Positions 55,375 to 60,457 of a stretch of 60,457 nt of DNA are shown here, piece after piece. The stretch comes from Oscillospiraceae bacterium. Its GTDB lineage: Bacteria; Bacillota; Clostridia; Oscillospirales; Ruminococcaceae. The stretch lies in NCBI GenBank assembly GCA_017548825.1, contig JAFYZG010000165.1:1-60457 (forward strand). Direction: 5' to 3'. The notes below the pieces were generated by a model that was given only the letters and a program-made list of their open reading frames with translations, ran no database searches and was not told the DNA's origin. Each line of letters opens with the position of its first letter. The first letter of the stretch is position 1. The translations under genes were made by a program, and so were the position numbers.

Positions 55375-55797
55375 ATGCTGAAGCAGCACAATGAGATGTA
55401 CGGCAGTGACGACTGGCTCGCCAGAGAGATCAGCCGCGAGAGCAGGATCTCAGCGTGGGACATGGACGGAGGAAGGATCCTCCGGGAAGAGCATGAAGAC
55501 AACTGCGATGCAAGAAAGCTAAGGACGGAACATGAGCTTGACTGCGAAGCACGGGAAGTCGCTCAGGAACACCGGACCGAACATATGTCAAGAAACACCG
55601 AGCCGGCATTCAGCCGCACAGTTAGATCCGAAGCGGAGCAGCAGAACAGAGACAGAGTGACGTCGGACAAGAAGAAAGCGCTTGCGATAGTGATCGGTCT
55701 GTTCGTCATGACGATCCTCATACCGTACCTGGCGTTCCTGATACCGCCTGCCGTGATCGCTCTTCTGATGGTCACAGCAAAGAAAAAGAACCGCTGA
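55375..55797 (+). CDS. Hypothetical tail-anchored membrane protein with His/Cys/Glu-rich 13-residue repeats
   Basis: Strong RBS (AGGAGG, 8 nt). The cytoplasmic part carries EHEDNCDARK / EHELDCEARE / EHRTEH, and the C-terminal 33 residues are hydrophobic, followed by KKKNR. Confidence 0.65.
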   Translation: MLKQHNEMYGSDDWLAREISRESRISAWDMDGGRILREEHEDNCDARKLRTEHELDCEAREVAQEHRTEHMSRNTEPAFSRTVRSEAEQQNRDRVTSDKKKALAIVIGLFVMTILIPYLAFLIPPAVIALLMVTAKKKNR

Positions 55798-55836
55798 CAA
55801 CAAATGTTGAATAATAGTGATAAGGAGAAAGAAAAA

Positions 55837-56733
55837 ATGGATCCTGTAGTAGTAATCGCGATCATCACAGTAATAATCGCAATAGCCATCTGGATGCTGG
55901 CGACCTGCCTGTGCATCGTCCCGCAGGGAAGCACCTGGGTGATTGAGAGGCTCGGAAGGTACGCCACCACATGGGAAGCCGGACTCCACCTGAAGACACC
56001 CCTGCTCGAGAGAGTCGTACGCAAGATCTCCATGAAGGAGCAGGTAGCGGACTTTGAACCGCAGTCGGTCATCACAAAGGACAACGTAACGATGAACGTC
56101 GACTCGGTAGTATACTTCCAGGTGATCGACCCGAAAGCTCTCACATACGGAGTGGAGCGCCCGATCGCAGCGATCGAGAACCTCTGCGCGACGACACTGA
56201 GGAACATCATCGGCTCCATGACTCTAGATGAGACCCTGGTAGGCCGCGAGACCATAAACGCCGAGACCATCAAGGTACTGGACGAAGCCACCAACAAGTG
56301 GGGAATCGATATCACCCGAGTGGAAGTCCAGAACATCACGCCTCCTCTCTCTATCCAGGAAGCGATGGAGAAGCAGATGAAGGCAGAGCGCGAGAAGAGA
56401 GCAGTTATCCTCGCAGCAGAAGGTGAGAAGCAGTCAGCGATCACCAGGGCGGAAGGCGAGAAGGAATCAGCTATCCTGAGAGCCGATGCTATCCGCGAGG
56501 AACGTATCCGCACCGCGCAGGGCGAGGCGGAAGCCATCGCAGCTGTAGCTCAGGCGCAGGCCAGAGCGATCGAAATGATCAATCAGGCGCAGCCTACCAA
56601 AGAATATCTGCAGATTCGCTCCATGGAAGCTGCCGAGAAGATGGCTGACGGACAGGCCACCAAGATCGTGGTGCCCTCAAGCCTCCAGGATGTCGCGGGC
56701 ATAGCAACGCTCTTCAAGGAGACGACCCGTTAA
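55837..56733 (+). CDS. SPFH/band-7 (stomatin-like) protein
   Basis: N-terminal TM, the SPFH core (IVPQGSTWVIERLGRY...VITKDNVTMNVDSVVYFQVIDP) and a coiled-coil EAxxxA-rich tail. AAGGAGA RBS lies before the ATG at 55837. Confidence 0.92.
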   Translation: MDPVVVIAIITVIIAIAIWMLATCLCIVPQGSTWVIERLGRYATTWEAGLHLKTPLLERVVRKISMKEQVADFEPQSVITKDNVTMNVDSVVYFQVIDPKALTYGVERPIAAIENLCATTLRNIIGSMTLDETLVGRETINAETIKVLDEATNKWGIDITRVEVQNITPPLSIQEAMEKQMKAEREKRAVILAAEGEKQSAITRAEGEKESAILRADAIREERIRTAQGEAEAIAAVAQAQARAIEMINQAQPTKEYLQIRSMEAAEKMADGQATKIVVPSSLQDVAGIATLFKETTR

Positions 56734-56755
56734 GCATAAGTATCTTAGACACAGA

Positions 56756-56787
56756 GCCCTTCAGCGAATGCTGAAGGGCCCTTTCAG
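56756..56787 (+). terminator. Intrinsic terminator after the SPFH gene
   Basis: GCCCTTCAGC-GAAT-GCTGAAGGGC followed by CCTTTCAG. Confidence 0.6.
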
Positions 56788-56883
56788 TGATCCCGGTATT
56801 AACAATGCTCGGTTGAAAAGGAGGACTGCGGAAGGTATAATAACTTTTCAGGAATTCACCCTTAAGGAAGGTTTGATTCATCC

Positions 56884-57969
56884 ATGAGATTAAGAAAGAT
56901 CGCAGCTCTGCTGCTTGTTTTCACAGTTTGTCTGACCCTCTGTTCCTGCGGATACAATCCCAAGACGGTCGGTACCGTCACGGATCCCGAGGGCAACAAG
57001 ATCGATATCACCTGCGGACAGTATCTTCTCGTACAGTACGAGACGGTCATGAGCCTCCTGAATTCTGCCGGGGTATCCGGACAGATCGATCTGAGCAAGG
57101 TGCTCGATACGGAGTACGGCGACAGTACGGTCAGAGAATTCATCAGGTCCAGCCTGCCGGAGGCGCTTCTCAGACGGGCGGTCGTGGACTATCTCTACGA
57201 CAGGACCGACCTCGGAGACGACGTGGCCACGAAGATATATTATGACAACTATGTCCAGAGCGACTGGGCTTCCTCCAGCAGTTCCTATCTTCAGAACGGG
57301 ATCGGGTTCGAGAGTTTCAAGGCGTATGAGATGCAGATGATAAAAGCTTCACGGATTCCCTATGATTTGTATGGGAAAGGCGGAGAAAAGGAACTGACCG
57401 AAGAATATGTCAACCAGTTCATTGCTGAGAAATGCGGAAGATTCACATACATCTCTCTTCCGTACAGGAAGGTCATGGGTGTGGATCTCACTGACGAGGA
57501 CAAGAAAGAACTGAAGTCATATGCAGAACAGATCCTTGCCACATGTGAGGAGAAAGGCGTTCCGGCACACGGCAGCGCCAAGACCGTGATCGCAGCGGCA
57601 GCGGATGAGTTTTATACCAAGTACCAGAGCCTGCTCGGATACGAACAGGACATGGAGTCCATCACATATGAAAACCAGAGGAGGGTCTTCGGGGACGGGA
57701 CGTTCACCGATGCACAGTATGAACAGATGTTCAAGGCGCAGCCCGGCGAATTCATCCTGGTGGACGGAGGAGACGGACTCTATATCATAGCGTACAGGAC
57801 GGAACTCGATCCGGAAGCGGACACTTATGATGAACTCTACAATGAAGCAATAGCATATGTTGCCGCACAGGAGTTCCAGGATTACATTACAGAGAAGACG
57901 GAAGGATTCAGCATCGAGCTCGATCCCAAAGCTGTCGAGTACTACAGCCCTGACAAAATAGTTTTCTGA
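56884..57969 (+). CDS. Lipoprotein, PrsA/SurA-chaperone-like (tentative)
   Basis: Lipobox LCSC|G. It is helical-rich, and the C-terminal stretch FTDAQYEQMFKAQPGEFILVDGGDGLYIIAY resembles the end of a parvulin domain without the catalytic His region. Confidence 0.7.
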   Translation: MRLRKIAALLLVFTVCLTLCSCGYNPKTVGTVTDPEGNKIDITCGQYLLVQYETVMSLLNSAGVSGQIDLSKVLDTEYGDSTVREFIRSSLPEALLRRAVVDYLYDRTDLGDDVATKIYYDNYVQSDWASSSSSYLQNGIGFESFKAYEMQMIKASRIPYDLYGKGGEKELTEEYVNQFIAEKCGRFTYISLPYRKVMGVDLTDEDKKELKSYAEQILATCEEKGVPAHGSAKTVIAAAADEFYTKYQSLLGYEQDMESITYENQRRVFGDGTFTDAQYEQMFKAQPGEFILVDGGDGLYIIAYRTELDPEADTYDELYNEAIAYVAAQEFQDYITEKTEGFSIELDPKAVEYYSPDKIVF

Positions 57970-58014
57970 GAATCAACACCGACAACCTCCACAGACGTGC
58001 AGAAAGGAGACAGA

Positions 58015-58599
58015 ATGGAGAACAAGAACAGCAATCCATCACCGGCAAGAGATGTCGTGATGGTCGGACTCATGACGGCACTGGTATTCATCTTCACATA
58101 TCTTCATATTGATATACCCACACCGCTCTCAAACACGATGATCCACCTCGGAAACGTAATGTGTCTCCTCGCGTCTCTTCTTTTCGGAGGCATCAGAGGA
58201 GGACTGGCAGCGGGGTTCGGATCCATGATCTATGACATGCTGGATCCCAGATATCTGCCGACCTGCTGGGTCACCTTCATAATGAAGTTCCTGATGGGAT
58301 GGGTGGCAGGCAAGCTTGCAGAGAAGAATGTCAATGAGGCAAATCCGAGATATGCGCTTTCGGCGGCATGCGGTTCCCTGACATATGTGATCCTGTATGT
58401 GCTGAAGACCTACATACAGAACAGGCTGATCCTTGGATATGAGGCACAGACTGTGTATGCGACCATGCTGACCAAGGGAGTAACCTCTCTGGCCAACGGC
58501 ATAATCGCTGTGGTCTTCGCAGTCATTCTGAACGCCGCAATAAGGCCGACGCTTAAAAATGCCGGGATCATCACTGCGCCGGCAGACAACAGTATATAA
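58015..58599 (+). CDS. ECF transporter S component (substrate unknown)
   Basis: About 6 TM segments with an ECF-S-like N-terminus (ARDVVMVGLMTALVFIFTY...IHLGNVMCLLASLLFG). AAGGAGA RBS lies before the ATG at 58015. Confidence 0.7.
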   Translation: MENKNSNPSPARDVVMVGLMTALVFIFTYLHIDIPTPLSNTMIHLGNVMCLLASLLFGGIRGGLAAGFGSMIYDMLDPRYLPTCWVTFIMKFLMGWVAGKLAEKNVNEANPRYALSAACGSLTYVILYVLKTYIQNRLILGYEAQTVYATMLTKGVTSLANGIIAVVFAVILNAAIRPTLKNAGIITAPADNSI

Positions 58600-58602
58600 A
58601 AT

Positions 58603-59109
58603 ATGATAAACATCGTGCTTCTGGAGCCGCAGATCCCTCAGAATACCGGAAATATCGCAAGGACATGCGCCGCGACAGGGGCACGTCTGCATTTGGTGAG
58701 ACCAATGGGTTTCACGCCGGATGACAAAAAACTAAAGAGAGCAGGGCTGGATTACTGGCACCTGCTGGACATAACTTATTACGACAGCACGTCGGAGTTC
58801 TTTGAAAAGAACAGGGGAGAGATGTTCTTCTTTTCCACGAAGGGAGAAAAGATCTACAGTGATGTGGAGTATCCCGACGGCTGCTACATAGTGTTCGGAC
58901 GGGAAGACAGAGGGATCAATGAGAGGATACTGTCGGAGAATTATGACAGGTGCGTCAGGATTCCGATGCTGGACGATGACTCCGCAAGGAGCCTGAACCT
59001 GTCGAATTCCGTCGCTGTCGCGGTGTATGAGATCCTCAGGCAGCAAGGCTTCAAAGGACTGAGAACAGAAGGGAAACTGACCGGAAGAGAAGAGCCGGAG
59101 ATCGTATAG
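58603..59109 (+). CDS. trmL: tRNA (cytidine/uridine(34)-2'-O)-methyltransferase TrmL (SpoU family)
   Basis: INIVLLEPQIPQNTGNIARTCAATGARLHLV, and LNLSNSVAVAVYE in the SPOUT knot. Confidence 0.92.
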   Translation: MINIVLLEPQIPQNTGNIARTCAATGARLHLVRPMGFTPDDKKLKRAGLDYWHLLDITYYDSTSEFFEKNRGEMFFFSTKGEKIYSDVEYPDGCYIVFGREDRGINERILSENYDRCVRIPMLDDDSARSLNLSNSVAVAVYEILRQQGFKGLRTEGKLTGREEPEIV

Positions 59110-59152
59110 ATCGGCAGAACAGTACTACACGGAGCATATCCGGAGGACGGGC

Positions 59153-60115
59153 TTGGCTAAGAACAAAAACAATCGGAATGCCGGGAAAAGGAACTATGAG
59201 AAAGACCTTTTCAGGGCGGAAAGGAACAGCGTTGCCGACATGGTCGCATCGCTGGTGCTTACACTTGCCTCCGCAGCCGGTATCATCCTTTTCTGGAATG
59301 CCGGCAATGTCCCCGAATGGGCGGACACTTACAGATATGCCATACTGTCCGCCGGTATATCGCTGCTCATCTATTCTCTGATGAAGTTTTTCCGCGCGAT
59401 ATCGGAGAGAAGAGCATGCAAGGCCATCAGAAAAGACTCCGTCTATGCAGTCAGGCTGAAGGCGGAACAGCAGAAACTGATCAGCAGGATCCTGTCAAGA
59501 CAGAGCGTCCGTGAGCATTTTCTCTGTTTCTTTTTCATCCTGGCAGTCCTCACCGTCATTCTGGTGCTATCCTATGTCAGGACCGGCAACAGCAGTTCTC
59601 TCATAGTGCTGGCTCTGGCTTCTGTGCTTGCCTTCGCGGTTACGCTCATCTCATATGTACGTGACATCGTCAGAACTGCATCCGCAGACGGATTCTGTAC
59701 GGTGTCCGGCAGCGGGATAATCCAGGCCGGCAGGGTGTTTCCCTTCAGCGCAGCAGACGGAGATGTGTCGGAGCTGATCAGATTCAGCGACTACTATTCG
59801 GTCAGATTCATCACTCCCGGGATACTGGGACTGCTGGTAAAAACGGACTTTCCGCTTCCCAGACGCGGAGCAGTCAGCAGAGAACTCATCGGCGCGGAAG
59901 AGGAATCTGTCCTGATCACGACGCTTAACCCAGCAAGATATGCGCAGACGGACAGTGCCTACAGACAGCTGCCGTTCAGCAGGGAAACGGCCGAAAACAG
60001 TGCCGAGCAAGCGGAGGTCTTGGTGGTGGACGAGAGCACATTCCTGCGAATCGCGGCGTACGCAGCGGCAGTCATGCTGATCGCCGCAGTAGTGATAGCG
60101 GCCAATATATCCTGA
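59153..60115 (+). CDS. Hypothetical polytopic membrane protein
   Basis: TTG start 6 nt after GGAGGA. It has two N-terminal TM pairs, a soluble ~110-aa domain and a C-terminal TM. No family is recognised. Confidence 0.65.
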   Translation: MAKNKNNRNAGKRNYEKDLFRAERNSVADMVASLVLTLASAAGIILFWNAGNVPEWADTYRYAILSAGISLLIYSLMKFFRAISERRACKAIRKDSVYAVRLKAEQQKLISRILSRQSVREHFLCFFFILAVLTVILVLSYVRTGNSSSLIVLALASVLAFAVTLISYVRDIVRTASADGFCTVSGSGIIQAGRVFPFSAADGDVSELIRFSDYYSVRFITPGILGLLVKTDFPLPRRGAVSRELIGAEEESVLITTLNPARYAQTDSAYRQLPFSRETAENSAEQAEVLVVDESTFLRIAAYAAAVMLIAAVVIAANIS

Positions 60116-60120
60116 TTTAA

Positions 60121-60154
60121 CACAAATCAAAGTCCCCGGAGCTGAACCACGAGC
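60121..60154. terminator. Bidirectional terminator between convergent genes
   Basis: AGTCCCCGG-loop-CCGGGGACT followed by ATTTCTATT. On the minus strand it is followed by TTTGATTTGTG. Confidence 0.65.
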
Positions 60155-60178
60155 ACCGGGGACTATTTCTATTGCTGT

Positions 60179-60457
60179 TCAGTATTCTGTACTGAGCCGG
60201 AAGCCTTCTGCAAAAGAACCGCTCAGGACGAAGCGGTACACCGTTGCGGGAGAAACGTCGAACGGACCGTAGTCGCAAGGTTCACAAAAGCCGATCCTTC
60301 CGGCGAGAGATTCTAGATCCAGATGTTCCAGACTGTCGGCAAGCATGAAGGATACAGACATCGTTTCCGGCAGTTTGCCTTCGGGAAACATGGACGGATC
60401 GAAGACGAAGCTGGCTGTCTCATTCCTGCCGAACCGGGATCCGTCTGCATGGGATGA
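60179..60457 (-). CDS. Hypothetical protein, 3' part only (ORF remains open to the window edge)
   Basis: The minus-strand frame is open from 60457 down to the stop at 60179. The listed Met at 60391 is probably internal. No family is recognised. Confidence 0.5.
   Translation of the reverse strand, partial: SSHADGSRFGRNETASFVFDPSMFPEGKLPETMSVSFMLADSLEHLDLESLAGRIGFCEPCDYGPFDVSPATVYRFVLSGSFAEGFRLSTEY

Noticed and set aside
55563-56537. 324-aa ORF antisense to the SPFH gene and the small upstream gene
   Set aside because: The translation is Ser/Ile/Ala-rich and family-less. It spans two sense genes and their intergenic RBS. The SPFH call on the + strand is unambiguous.
1-60457. Mobile elements, prophage, CRISPR arrays, defence islands, toxin-antitoxin pairs, biosynthetic clusters
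   Set aside because: No integrase, transposase, recombinase or phage-like ORF is present. The only short repeats are the three parS sites. No gap is large enough to hide an array or a large ncRNA, and the gene content is largely housekeeping and envelope-related.

Overview
This is a dense, almost fully coding chromosomal segment from a Firmicutes/Clostridia-like bacterium with GC3-rich codon usage. That placement rests on lipobox lipoproteins, a class B sortase, soj-spo0J with Bacillus-type parS sites, and a Firmicutes-type rimP-nusA-ylxR-L7Ae-infB-rbfA-nrnA-truB-ribF / rpsO / pnp block. I call about 58 CDSs, 3 tRNAs (a Met-Glu pair and Ser), three perfect parS sites, and several sigma-A-like promoters and intrinsic terminators. 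Most genes are housekeeping: serS, metG, gap, lepA, pth, mfd, pncB, tatD, trmL. Envelope and transport genes are interleaved: MATE, MFS, a type-I ABC exporter, two MacB/FtsX-type ABC systems, an L,D-transpeptidase, SppA and an SPFH protein. I see no transposase, integrase, phage gene, CRISPR array, toxin-antitoxin pair or recognisable defence gene, and no non-coding gap longer than about 325 nt. I therefore cannot point to an obvious novel island. The candidates most worth follow-up are: (1) an orphan 677-aa protein made of two diverged double-barrel (MoaF/PAD-like) modules joined by a collapsed Rossmann-like linker, sitting where metG and tatD are normally adjacent; (2) a translationally coupled adaptor-ATPase-adaptor-permease MacAB-like operon whose second adaptor carries a ~200-aa insertion in its hairpin; (3) a single-chain MacB-type ABC protein with a ~670-aa extracytoplasmic domain; (4) a membrane-anchored SGNH-like protein in which all three catalytic positions appear substituted, coupled to a small lipoprotein; (5) a His/Cys/Glu-repeat tail-anchored protein occupying the place of NfeD upstream of a stomatin-type SPFH gene. 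All functional calls come from reading the translations and DNA by eye; no searches were run.
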